A stretch of 64,000 bases of DNA from Torpedo marmorata (GCA_977017645.1 OZ360225.1:6324001-6388000); one strand, 5' to 3'. Shown: positions 49,001-61,770, numbered from the stretch's first letter. Notes: generated by a model from the letters alone, not told the origin. Numbers and translations: made by a program.

Positions 49001-49131
49001 TGTGATGTTTCTTTTATTGTAATAAAGAAACTTGGGTTCTTTTTTAACAACTATACCTTATTAGCTCAGTACTCACGACCTCATGGAGGCATCCATTTTG
49101 AATCTACTCCTAGCTGCAACAACTTGTCTCC

Positions 49132-49149
49132 GACACCCTCTAGTGGTCA
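49132..49149 (-). promoter_or_regulatory. CTCF-like motif in the LTR (degenerate copy at 46313-46330)
   Basis: TGACCACTAGAGGGTGTC resembles the CTCF core CCACTAGAGGGCG; motif match only. Confidence 0.35.
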
Positions 49150-50615
49150 GGATTATCACTAGCTCTCTATCATTACATTCACCCATCTCTGTTTTTGTAA
49201 CCCCATGTAATGTAATACCATCAGCAAACTTAGAATTTTGATACCAGGTCCTGTCAGTCAAGTTGCTGATATAGATCATGAATAGTCAGGGCCCAAGCAC
49301 CAATCCCTGCAGTGTACTACTCGTCACAGCTTGCTAACCTGTGAAGGATTCATTGATTCCCACCCTTTGCTTTCTGCCCAATCATCATTTCTCAATCCAT
49401 GTCACTTTATTAACCCCTGTTCCATCTGGGCTAACCTTGATGACCATCCTCCTGCATGGGATCTTTATGAATGTCTTCCAAAAGTAAAAATACACACATC
49501 CATTGGTTCCCTAATCTATCCTTCTGATCATATTCTCAAAGAACTCCAACAGATTAATCAAATACATTTGTGTTTTTTTTCATAAATCAATGTTAAATAT
49601 GCTTCATGCTTTTACAATGTGTTCTGTTACTACCCCTTGCACAACAGGTGACTCAATGACCATTCATTTGTAAAATCTTTGTGCCAGGCAAGATACTTAA
49701 ACCAAAGTTTCTAACTTGCTTTTACTACTTAGTGGCATTGAAATGCCACTTATGTCATCTTAAACTCTTCCAATGTAATTTATGTCACCTTAATCTGAAA
49801 AGTTAGATCTTCAGTTATGAAGATGGCAATTATGGTGGTGGGGTTAAATGTACAACATTTCACTGTGTCAATTTCAGCATGGGTTATTGTTCTGATATGA
49901 TGACAACTCTCGCAATTGCCAGCATTTGGCCTAGCAACTATGGCCTTGGCAGCCAGCCCTTAAAGGGACATTCAATGAAACAAGCCCCACTCACCCAGCT
50001 ACTTACAAGCAGAATTCCGCAGTGATGTGGGGTGGGGAAAGAATGCTTCACGAAAGTTCAAAAAAACCTGGACAAGCTGATGAAGACCATTTGCAAAGCA
50101 TGTTCTATTTTTAAGGGGCCACATAGAATTCCTGAACTCCAAATGCTTCTTTCAGCGCTGCTCAGGAGGTCTCCGCAAGGAATTAAACTGCATTAGTGCC
50201 CTCTACGATGAATGCCTGCACTTTGGAGAAGTCTGCAATTCTGACGGACCCATTCAGTCAGCTCCTGAGGGCAGAGAGAAACGAAGAAAAAGTCCTTGAG
50301 TAAAGAGCTTGAGAGACCTCTTCACAGCATCAGTGAGATCAGCAACAACAGTGTGGAATAACTTTGAGAGCTGAGAGCGATCTTAACCTCATTAAGCAAA
50401 GCAGTTGAAATGAACGTAAAGCTGTGTTTAAAGTCATAGGAGGTGACATATTGAGGAGGACCAAGCATGCAGTTTGAGTGCTATCCTTTAAATAGTATAT
50501 GGAAACATGGTCAGTACATTTCTATTGGACTGTGAGTAAATGAGAACTGTTGCATTTTTTGGAACAAAGAGTTTGAAATAACACACTCTAGACACATTTT
50601 GGAAGACACACTAAT

Positions 50616-51187
50616 TATAGTGACTTCAATCCAACAATAGTCACTTGGAGGCTAGGTGAGATACTTGTCCTTGACGCGTTTCAATTAATTTACTAACAAA
50701 GTCCAATATGTTCAAAAAACTTTATTTACACATGTGACTGGCAGCAATCTTCAATGACTTAAATATCTTCTTTGAAATGAAATAAACAGTTCTTGATAAC
50801 GATGTTCAATGAATTCCTTTGAACGATTCCTTTGACTGTATTTAAATGTTCAATGTAACAACTTTAAATGACTTTAAACCATCAATAAAACGTTCAATGA
50901 AACGGTCAATAAAAGACATGGCGATCTCACTCACCCTCCTCCGTCGCCATCTTTTCCTATTCCTTTTCCTGATTCGCGCATGCTCACTGCGCTTATTCCA
51001 CCGCGCATACTCCACAGCGCACACTGCCGTCAATTCCCAACTGCGCATGCGCCCGTCGGCACTCTAGTGCATGCGCAGAGTACTAAATAGGCCTAGCACG
51101 GCCTACAAACACTGCGACTCCTCCGTAACCCGCCGAGACATCGGAGCGCCGCGACCAAGGTAAGTAATCAAGCCTACGGCTCTTACA
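50616..51187 (-). repeat. 3' LTR of the BEL element
   Basis: Direct repeat of 59695-60297; begins TGTAAGAGCC on the minus strand. Confidence 0.93.
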
Positions 51188-51945
51188 CCGGCCCCTAATT
51201 ATTATAATTAGACGCAATGTCTTAAATAATAATGACACAATCAATTATAAATAACAATAACCATATAACATTCAAACAAGATACAAATCTTCTTTCTTCA
51301 TAAGACCAGAGTTTACCATAACTCTGAATCAACAAAAGTCTGTACCTGTGTACAACAACAAATAAAGTCAGTTTGTATTTATCAAAGTTCCTCCGTCTAC
51401 AACAGAAGGCAGACCTTGTTAATAGGTCTATTTAGAAAGCCAGTCTTAGTTTTAATTCGAACTTGACGCACAAGTCCCCTTTTGTCCTGAATAGTCTCAA
51501 TAATTTTTTCAAGTAACCAGGAGTTCTTGGAGTTGAATTATCCATAATAATTACAATCTTTTCAAAGTTCTTTTATCTCCAGAATCTTTGAGTTAAAACG
51601 TCGACCAGTAAACCTCAAATCTTCCTCAGACAAAATAGATACCGTTTTTCTTTTGAATTTAACACGAGGCACTTCTTCAGCATGTCGTTTCACTTTCTTT
51701 CTTTCTTCAGCATTCCACTTCTCATGTGAAGAATTTAAACTCTTAGAACTAGAATTTGAATATTTATCTGATTCTCTCGATTTTAATAGACGAGTCTCTT
51801 TAACCACTCTGGTTTCTTTTGCCTTTTCCTGCAATTCCAAATCCAATTTTGCAACTTTTAATTCAGTCTCAGTTACTTCCAAGAAATTAATAACTTGATT
51901 TGAATTCAAAATATCATGTGATACATTGATATTTCTATTGTCAAC

Positions 51946-52265
51946 CCTGCTGAGGTAAACTTGAAATTTTTTAATTTCTTCATCTTGCTTGTTACATTTC
52001 TACAATTCAATATCACTTTCTTCCTGCAATGTTAATAGCTGAACATTCAATTTACTAACTTGATTGTTTTTTTATAGTCAACTGTTTTGTGCTATTAACC
52101 AATAACTTGTTCTCTTTCAAAATATTAATCTCTTCCTCCAAGCTTTTACATTTTGATAATGCTGAATCTCTTTCCTCAATAACTGTATTCATTTCTTCAG
52201 CAGTCATTCTTATCTTCTGCTTTCTGACTTTGTGAATTTTACTTACAATTAAATTTTTCTGTTTA
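51946..52265 (-). pseudogene. MIPOL1: captured MIPOL1-like coding fragment
   Basis: RMTAEEMNTVIEERDSALSKCKSLEEE..LTIKNNQ..LLTLQ..EEI..VY compared with recalled human RITAEEMSALIEERDAALSKCKRLEQE..LTAENNQ..LLSMQ..EEI..VY. Confidence 0.75.
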
Positions 52266-54370
52266 CTGTTTTCATGATTATCTAATATTTCTAATTCCCT
52301 TTTCATCATTTTGTTCTCTGAATTTAATTGCATTAAATTATCATTCACATTCTTCTTTATTCCATCAGCACAATTTTCTGTGTTCTCCAGTTTTACATCA
52401 CATTGCAATATTTCTTCATTAACTTTGTCTGTTGTAACCTCTGAACGACAAAATCTACATTCAGATTTGTTTTCAGTCACTTGTTTTATTCCTGTATCTG
52501 ATTCAATTACACATGAATAATCAATAGTATTATTTGCAACATTCTCTAATACTTCACTTTCATCCATTTCTGATGAAAATAATTCCTTCAATGTTGTTTT
52601 AAATACCTTTGATTTATTTTCACATTGATCTGTTTTCTTTTCTTCAAAAGTGATTTTCTTATTCACAGTTTTTTGCTCTTCCCTTAACTCATTAACTTTC
52701 ACAACCAAAATCGTGTTAATATTTATCGCTAACTGTTCCTGAGCAATATCATTATTTCTTTCCAATGGTCCATTGATTGTCCAACCAAGCTTGGTTCGAA
52801 TAACGTATGGTCCATTCCTTCTACTCTGTATTACTTCTAGTGATTCAAAAAATTTTGGCACATCTGAACCAATTAGCATTTCTATCTCAGAATTAATTTC
52901 AGGTAAATTAACCTTCCACAGATAAAAGAAATGATGGATATCATTTTGATGAGGAATGTTTCCTTCATGCACAGGCATAGTCTTCTGAATGTATAAACTT
53001 GAAGATCACAAAATTTTTTGTCATCCAATCCAGCAACCTCTAAGCCTGAAACAATGCTGGTTTTAATGACCTTTTCTTGTCCCATGGTTTTCAACATAAT
53101 TCTTGACCTTCTTCCTTGAATATTAAGTTTGTTCATTAGTCCTTCTGTGCAAAAAGATGCAGTGCTGCCTGGGTCTAGAAATGCATATGTATGTACCGTT
53201 GCATCCCCTTTCTTGGTCTTGTCTTGTACAGGCACTATTTAAAGTTTGCAGTTATCCACACCGGCCCCAGTAAGACCACTTGTCTGAACCAAGGTTATAA
53301 CATTGTTTTCTGATGTTTCCTTTGTTTCTGTTTGCTCATTTTCCAATTCCTTGTTTCTTTGATGGATATGAAAAATTCTAGGATGTTTCAACTTACATAT
53401 GTTACAATTAATTCGCTTCTCGCAGTTTTTACTGATGTGCCCTTTACACAGATAGCTAAAACATATTCCATTTTCCTTTACGAAAGTGATCTTCTCATTA
53501 TGTTCCTTCTTTTCCAACCGTAAACACATTTCCAAAGCATGTCCACCTTTACAGAACAAACAACTCTTTTCATCAGGCAAACTTTCATTTTCCTTAATTA
53601 CTTTGTCCTTTTCTTTATTTATAACTGACACATTAGTAGCAAAAGTACTCCTTTTCAATTTTGGACTAGGCTGTGAGTTAGATCTCCTTACATCTTTTCC
53701 CATTGAATTGTCACTGGTATTTCCATATATTGGATCTGTTTCAATGTACACCTGTCGTTCAAGAAAATTTACCAAATCCTTTAAGGTAGCTCTTTGACTG
53801 TAATTTTCTTGTATATCACAAGCCAAATTTCTCCATCTATCCCATAACTTGTAAGGTAAATTTTCTGAGATGATTTGCATATTACCAGGCACTTCAAGCT
53901 CACAAATATTATTGATACCTTCCATGGTATTAAAACATCTTCTTAAAAATAGAGTATATTCTTGTAGACCCTTTACATCATTTTGTTTTATTGATGTCCA
54001 TTTAAGAGCTTTATCCATATAAGCTAAAGCAATTCGATACTTGTTGCCAAAATGTTTTCCAGTAAAGCCTTAGCTCTGTCTAATCCTCTGTTTGAAGACA
54101 TATGTTGACAACTCTTTACAAGTTCTTTTGGATGTCCCTTTGTGAACATTTCCAAATAATAAAGACGTTCATCATGAACTTGGCATTTATTTTCAATATT
54201 ACATTTGAAAGATCTCATGAACGATTGATACTGAAGTGGATCACCATCAAAAGTTTGTATCTCTTTCTTGGGTAAACAACAGAGAGACTGTAACTGAATC
54301 AATGATGCAGCAATTTCATTTTGTCTTTCGTTTGGATGATAATACATTGCTCTGTTCACCGTCTCTTGTT

Positions 54371-57300
54371 TTTTTTTTTTTGTTTTTTTTTTATAATTTT
54401 ATTTAATTTTTAAAATCACAAAATACATATATCAAAAAAATAATATATTATTGAAAATACATGTGATATATTTACCACCCCCCCTTCCCACCCTCCCCTC
54501 CCCAACCCTCCCACGGTATCTAATAAAAAGAGAAAATAGAGTATAAAAATGTTAATTAAAAGGAAAGAAAAAGGTTGAATAATAAAGTTAAGAAAGAAAA
54601 TTAGTGTTAGTATGAGGAGAAAAACTATTTCAAGCTAACTCTACTTATATATTGGAGGTTACTTTGTCAGCGGTACTAACTTCTAGAGAATTAATTCATA
54701 CCCATAATTCTCATGTATGGGCTCCAAATTTTCAGAAAAAAATGATATTTGTCTCGTAAATTATACGTAATTTTTTCCAATGGTATACACGAGCGTAACT
54801 CTGCATGTAATCTATCCAAATTTAAATCTAAATCTGATTTCCAAGTAATAGCAATACATTTTTTTGAAATTGCTAACACAATTCGTAAAAATTCTATTTG
54901 GTACATATTCAATCTATTTCTAATACTGATTTTTTAATATCTCCAAACAGAAATATCATAGGGTCCATTGGAATCGTAATATTAAGAATTCTATCTAAAA
55001 ATTCCTTAACTTTAGACCAAAAATTTTTAATTTTCAAACACATCCATGTACAATGTACAAAAGAACCTATTTCATCTTTACATCTAAAACACATATCTGA
55101 CAATGCCGAATTGAATTTCTTTAATTTTTTAGGTGTTATAAATAATTGATGAAAAAAATTATATTGTACTAATCTATATCTAACATTAATAATCTTAGTC
55201 ATACTCAGTTTACATAGTTCTTTCCAGTGTTGTTCATCTATACTAGTGTTTAGATCTGATTCCCAATTTAATCTAGATTTATGTAGTCCTACTTTAAACA
55301 TTTTTTTCTGAAGTAATTTATACATTTGCGATATAAATTTGTTAACATTTCCATTAGTAATTAATAACTCTAACCCATCTTGTCTAGGGGATATTAATTG
55401 ATTCCCTAATTTCTCAACTAAAAATCCTTTAACTTGATAATAAGCCAAAACTGTATTGTCCATTATTCCAAATTTTTCTTTCAATCTAGAAAAAGTAACA
55501 AATCTTCCTGCCTCAAAACAATCTTTAATCTTCTTAATTCCTTTTTGATACCATAATTTTAAAAATTGATTATCAATAGAAAATGGTAATAATAAATTCT
55601 GATATAATGGCATATTTAAAGAAATTGATCCTTTTCGTCCTATTTCATTATCTAATTGATTCCAAATTTCCAATAGATGTTTAATAATCGGTGACTTTTT
55701 CTTTTTAATCAATAATAATTTAGAATTCCATTTATAAATAATATCTTCCTTATTTCTTTCTCCTATATTACTCAATTCTATATTAATCCAAGCCGTATTT
55801 TTAGTTAAATCAAATAGTTCATTTATAAATTTTAATTGTGCTGCCTTATAATAATATTGAAAATTAGGGAGTTGTAGTCCTCCCATTTCGTATTCCCAAG
55901 TTAATTTATCCATACTTACTCTTGCCAATTTACCTTTCCATAAAAACCTTCTAATAATAATTTTTAAATCTTTAAAAAATTTTTGAGGAATACCAAAAGG
56001 TATAGATTGAAAAAGATATTGAACTTTTGGAAAAATATTCATTTTAATACAATTCACTCTTCCCATTAAAGTTATGGGTAAATCTTTCCAATTATCCAAA
56101 TCCTTCTTTATTTTCTGAAATAAAGGTATGTAATTTAATTTATATAAATTTTCTAACTTTGTATCCACTTTAACTCCCAAATATTTAATAGCTTCTTTAG
56201 TCCATTTAAATTTTGTAACTTCTTTACATTTAGTATAATCTCCTTGAGATAAAGCCATTATCTCACTTTTATCTGAATTAATTTTATATCCAGATATTTC
56301 ACCATAATCCCTCAATATTTTATCTAATTGTTGAAGTGATTCAATAGATTTTGTCATATATATTAATACATCATCTGCAAACAAACTAATTTTATGCTCT
56401 TCTACACCTACTTTTATCCCATTTATATTGATATCTTTCCTAATCATTTCCGCCAATGGTTCTATTGCCAATACAAATAAGGCAGGTGACAATGGACATC
56501 CTTGTCTTGTTGACCGCGTCAAAGAGAATTTAGATGATATTTGACCATTTGTAATTACTCTGGCTGTAGGTTCCTTATATATAGTCTTAATCCAGTTTAT
56601 AAACGTATTTCCAAATCCATATTTCTCTAAAACTTTAAATAAAAACTTCCATTCTACTCTATCAAATGCTTTTTCTGCATCTAATGCTATCACTAACGGC
56701 AAATCCTGTTTCTTTTTTTGTAAATTAATTAAACTTATTAATCTTGCTATATTATCCTTTGAATATCTATTTTTAATAAATCCTGCTTGATCTGGATGTA
56801 TTAAAGATGGTAAAAACTTAGCTAGTCTATTTGTCAAGATTTTTGCCATTAATTTATAATCTACATTTAACAATGATATAGGCCTATACGATTCTGTTTT
56901 TAATACATCTCTATCTTTCTTTGGTATAACTGTGATAATAGCATTTAAAAATGTTTTCGGTAATGAATGAGTTTCCTTTATTTGAGTTAATACTTCCATA
57001 TATATAGGTATCAATACATCTTTAAACTTCTTATAAAACTCTGCCGGAAATCCATCATCACCGGGAGATTTACCACTATTCAATGATGATAAAGCTTCAC
57101 CTACTTCTCTCATTGTAATTGGTAAATCTAATGAATCTCTATTAAAACTATTTAATTTGGGCAATGTAATTTTAGCTAAAAAATCATCAATTTTTACAAC
57201 ATCTTGATTCATTTGCGAAGTATATAAATTTTGATAATACTCTTTAAATGAATTATTTATTTCTTGAGGTTTATAAGTTATTTCTCCAGAACTTTTCTTT

Positions 57301-58222
57301 ATAGCATTTATAGTTTTAGAAACTTGTTCTTTCTTTAATTGCCATGCTAAAACTTTATGTGCTCTTTCTCCCAATTCATAATATCTTTGCTTTGTTCTAC
57401 CAATTAATTTTTCTATTTTTCGAGTTTGTAATATATTATAATGTAATTTTTTCCCAATTAAACATTGTCTCTTAGAAATTGTTTTATTTCTTTGAAAATC
57501 CTTTTCCATAACTTCAATTTCTCCCTCCAGTTTTTCTTCTTCTTTCACATAATCTTTTCTAATTTTTGCCGAGAAGCTTATTATCAATCCTCTTAAATAT
57601 GCTTTTAAAGATTCCCAAATTATAAACTTATCTTCAACTGAATTATTATTAATTCTTAAAAATTCCTGAATTTCTTTTCTTATATATTCACAAAAATCTT
57701 TTCTATTTAATAAAGAAGAGTCTAGTCTCCAGTTATATACAGTTTTTTCTTTCTCTGGAATTATACATGTCATTAATAAAGGTGAATGGTCCGAAATTAT
57801 TCTTGCTTTATAAGAAATTTGAGTTATTCTATCTTGAATTTGTGAAGATATTAAGAATAAATCAATCCTTGAGAATGAATTATGTCGAAATGAATAAAAT
57901 GAATAATCTTTTTCTCTAGGGTTTAACTTTCTCCAAATATCTACTAAATTTAAATCATCCATTAAATTAATAATTCTTTTAACTATCTTAGGTCTAACAG
58001 ATGTTCTAGATGTTTTATCCATATTTGCATTAAGACAACAATTAAAATCTCCTCCAATTAAAATATTTTCCTTAGCCTCAGATAAATGTAAAAAAGTATC
58101 TTGAATAAATTGTTCATCCTCTGGGTTTGTAATATATAAATTTAAAAGAGTCCATATTTCTGAATAAATTTGACAATGCACTAAAACATATCTACCAGCT
58201 ATATCCGTCACTACTGATTGTA
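54371..58222 (-). mobile_element. L1, 5'-truncated, inserted in BEL gag
   Basis: 16-bp TSD TTCACCGTCTCTTGTT at 54355-54370 and 58223-58238; poly(A); same family as 12339-16506. Confidence 0.96.
54691..58211 (-). pseudogene. ORF2: L1 ORF2, N-truncated, one frameshift at the A-run near 54930
   Basis: 1100-aa open frame with APE, RT (FADD) and CCHC motifs. Confidence 0.93.
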
Positions 58223-59694
58223 TTCACCGTCTCTTGTTGCAGGTAATGTGTCTGGAAACCTCACTGGTATATTTTCTTCCATATTTTTGATGCTTGACTC
58301 AAATAACAAGGAAGCTGCTTCGTTCGACCGAACCCAAGCTGCAGCTTTGTCTTCAGATGTTACCACTGGTACATGGGACTCGAAACCAATATGCTCTTGA
58401 AGGATTTGTCCTTGTATTTGTAAGTCTTGTATCCTTGTTTCTAAAATATCTACCCTTTTAGTTGGTTTCTTTTCCTGTGACTCTTTTTTAAAATATGACC
58501 TTTTATTATCAGACACTTTAGATAATTTACTTCTCGCACCTGATTCCATTGAGTCTTCTATTGCTTTCTTTTTTGCCTTGGCAATAGTAATGTTTGCTTC
58601 CAGCTCCTGCTGTTCTTTTCTCTACCTTAGCTGCTCCTTCTCTTGTCTTAGCTGCTCCTCCTTTTGTCTTATCTGCTCCTCCATTTGTTCTTAAACATGT
58701 TTATCCTTAAGCGTTTTTTGTTGTGCAAGAAGAGCGGCCAATTTAACATCAATCATGGTACGTGACGATGCAGAACCTCAAGTACGAGAAACTCTGGAGC
58801 TCGAACCAGAACTTTGTTTGCTTCTCCTGCTTTCAGCATTTGAGACACTGTCACTTGCTTGTATTTAGTCCTGCACATCATATCTTGTCTTCATACTTAC
58901 CTCTTTCTCCAATTCAACATGTACATCCTTTGCATCTTCATTCTCTTCATTTTTCTTCATCCTCTTCATTTTCTTCATCCTCTTCATTTGGTGATACAAT
59001 TTCAGCCATTTCCTTGTTATCTTCTTGTTCATCTAACTCTTTTTCCTTTACCAGCTTCAATCTTGTGATGAGAACCTTTTTATTTCCACATATCTATTTT
59101 CAGTCGCTTCAATTCTTTTTTAATATCCGCAATCTTCATGTCTTCAATACGTTGGTCCTCAACAGCAACATCAGTGGTTGCTGCGTCAGCTGCTGATACA
59201 TCAGTGGCTGCTGCATCAGAGGATGCTGCGGCCATTTTACTCGTCTTGTTCCTCTGTCCTTCAAGCATACACAACACTAGCCAAATCAACAGTCCCCAAT
59301 GGACCAGCGGCAGCAAATCCAATCTGTGTTCTAACTTGCCAAAGATACACAGAAGGAGTCCACAGACTTATGCCTACCACTTGAAATGACTGTAATGTGC
59401 TGCAATCCACAAACGAGTTTCAACCACAACATCCGTCTATAATATCGCTGATTTTCCAAAAAATGGTTTCTCCAACGTATTTATAGTACACTTTACTATA
59501 AGATTTGAAGCTTTAAATCCCTCTCTGGCTGTTACTCATGGCAGATGGATGTGGATTACAAACTGCCCCCAACTCGAGGCATCTCCAAGATGGGCATCAT
59601 TTTATTTTAAATATCAGTCCAAAGCGCAGAGAGATTATTCTATGTTCTTTCCTTCAATTTTCTGTTCCAAACAACCACTTTTATTGACTAATTA

Positions 59695-60297
59695 TATAGT
59701 GACTTCAATCCAACAATAGTCATTTGGAGGCTAGGTGAGATACTTGTCTATGACGCGTTTCAATTAATTTACTAACAAACTTTAAAAAACAAAATAAAAA
59801 ACTTTATTTACACACGTGACTTGCAGCAATCTTCAATGACTTAAATATCTTCTTTAAAACAAAATAAACAGTTCTTGATAACAATGTTTAATGAATTCCT
59901 TTAAACGATTCCTTTGACTGTATTTAAATGTTCAATGTAACAACTTTAAATGACTTTAAACCATCAATGAAACGTTCAATGAAACGGTCAATAAAAGATA
60001 TGGTGATCTCACTCACCCTCCTCCGTCACCATCTTTTCCTATTCCTTTTCCTGATTCGCGCATGCTCAATCCGCTTATTCCACCGCGCATACTCCACCGC
60101 GCACACTCTACCGCGCACACTCCACCGTGCACACTGCTGTCAATTCCCAACTGCGCATGTGCCCGTTGGCACTCTAGCGCATGCGCAGAGTACTAAATAG
60201 GCCTAGCACGGCCTACAAACACCGCGACTCCTCCGTAACCCACCGAGACAACGGAGCGCCGTGTCCAAGGTAAGTAATCATGCCTACGGCTCTTACA
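59695..60297 (-). repeat. 5' LTR of the BEL element
   Basis: Direct repeat of 50616-51187 with extra copies of a CCACCGCGCACACT unit. Confidence 0.93.
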
Positions 60298-60397
60298 CTA
60301 ATGTTAACAACACCTGGGGGAGTTCTACACCATAAGAAAGATGCTAATGCAAAAAAAAATCAGTTGAATAGTTCAGGGTTTTTTTTTCTGCTGAGAA

Positions 60398-60650
60398 GTT
60401 TTTTTTAGACATACAGCACGGTAACAGACCATTTCGGCACACGAGCCCGTGCCGACCAATTTACACCCAATTAACCCACACCCACGGTACATTTCAAAAA
60501 GTGGGAGGAAACTGGAGCCCCAAGGGAAAACCCATGCAGTCACGGGGAGAACGTACAAACTCCTTACAGACAGTGCGGGATTTGAACCCCGGTCCCGATC
60601 GCTGGCACTGTAAAGGCGTTGCGCTAACCGCTACGCCAACCATGCCGCCC
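60398..60650 (-). mobile_element. tRNA-derived V-domain SINE
   Basis: Same family as 3941-4183; A and B boxes present. Confidence 0.85.
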
Positions 60651-61011
60651 TGTTGTTCCATAAATGTGTGCAAAATTGTTCCATTACGGCTTAAGCCAAT
60701 TTCCAACTGCAAAAATTGTTTACAGTTTTGGCCGTGTGAATTTCTGCACTCATGCACTCAAGCTGATCAACAAATGATGCAGAGTAGGGGCAGTTGCAGG
60801 GAAGGTGGTTTGCAGGAGCTGAGCACAATTCCTCAAAGGGTAGGAACAATGCATTAAGAGCTGAAAACCCAGGAATGGGAGAACAAAAGAATTATACACC
60901 ACCAGATTTGAGTGGAAGTCTGACGTTAAGATAATGTGCAAATTTAAGCAATGATTATCTTTAAATAGAAAGAATTCTTATTTGGTATTGAATATTAAGG
61001 AGAAGGAATTG

Positions 61012-61320
61012 GGGGATCAGAGGTGGAGACGGTGAGCAAACTTAAGTTCTTGGGTGTCACTATCTCGGAAGATCTTTCCTGGACCCAACACGCTAACAGC
61101 ATCGTGAAGAAAGCACGTCAGCGCCTCTACTTCCTCAGGAGTTTGCAGAGGTTTGGTATGACACTTGAAACCCTGGCAAGCCTCTAAAGATGTGTGGTGG
61201 AAAGTGTGTTGACCGTCTGCATCATGATCTGGTATGGGGACACCAATACTCCAGAGCGTAAAGCCCTGCAATAGGTAGTTCTGCCTCGCCCGCTGTAAAA
61301 ATAATCTCATGGTTATTTTA
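61012..61320 (+). mobile_element. internally deleted Rex/Babar fragment
   Basis: Matches 24840-25105, then jumps to the 3'UTR (25490-25525). Confidence 0.75.
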
Positions 61321-61324
61321 ATTT

Positions 61325-61456
61325 TTTTTTAAATTTAGACATACAATATGGTAACAGGCCATTTTGGCCCACGGGTCCATGCCGCCCAATTTACACCCAA
61401 TTAACCTACACCACCCAGTATGTTTTGAATGGTGGGAGGAAACCGGAGTCCCCGGG
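61325..61456 (-). mobile_element. 5'-truncated V-SINE
   Basis: Matches 3950-4075. Confidence 0.75.
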
Positions 61457-61770
61457 GACCTGCGTAGGGAGCCAGAAATGGGGAGAACACACCCCATTGA
61501 GAAGATAAAACAGAGGAGACAATCCTACAGGATGGTGATCACGGCGGTGGACCAGTGAGGGGCTCAACGGCTCAGGAACCCTACAGGAAGGTGACCACGG
61601 CAGCAAACCAGCGAGAGGCTCAGTGGCTAAGTGACCCACGCAGGCTGCGGAGGACTTGCAGTTGGGGAACCCACATGGGCTGCGGGCTGCTGGAAACTGG
61701 CTGATGGCAACCAGGTATCGGAACTGCGATTCAAGAGGGTGCTGAGGGCAAGAAGTGCTCCCAAATGACT
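61457..61770 (+). mobile_element. fragment of the element at 19005-19846
   Basis: Similar to 19264-19570. Confidence 0.65.

Larger units (their letters stand above)
46184..49177 (-). mobile_element. Gypsy element (different family), about 3 kb, integrase absent
   Basis: 175-bp LTRs 46184-46358 and 49003-49177 (about 14 differences); PPT AAGGAAAGGGGA; gag, protease KLDTWA, RT YMDD and RNase H fragments; no clear TSD. Confidence 0.92.
45325..49600 (-). mobile_element. old CR1 fragment interrupted by the small Gypsy element
   Basis: CR1 3' end at 45325; SKFADG RT remnant at about 49230. Confidence 0.65.
51410..59235 (-). pseudogene. BEL gag-protease fused to captured coiled-coil sequence and the pol C-terminal tip
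   Basis: FDGDPLQYQSF..RLYYL, triple zinc knuckle, AFLDPGSTASF protease, TKLGWTINGP; no RT/RNaseH/DDE; DUF5641-like tip [23 protein letters not shown]. Confidence 0.85.
50616..60297 (-). mobile_element. BEL/Pao LTR retrotransposon, non-autonomous, with a nested L1
   Basis: LTRs 50616-51187 and 59695-60297; TSD CTAAT at 50611-50615 and 60298-60302; PPT AGGGGCCGG; BEL-type gag. Confidence 0.93.
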
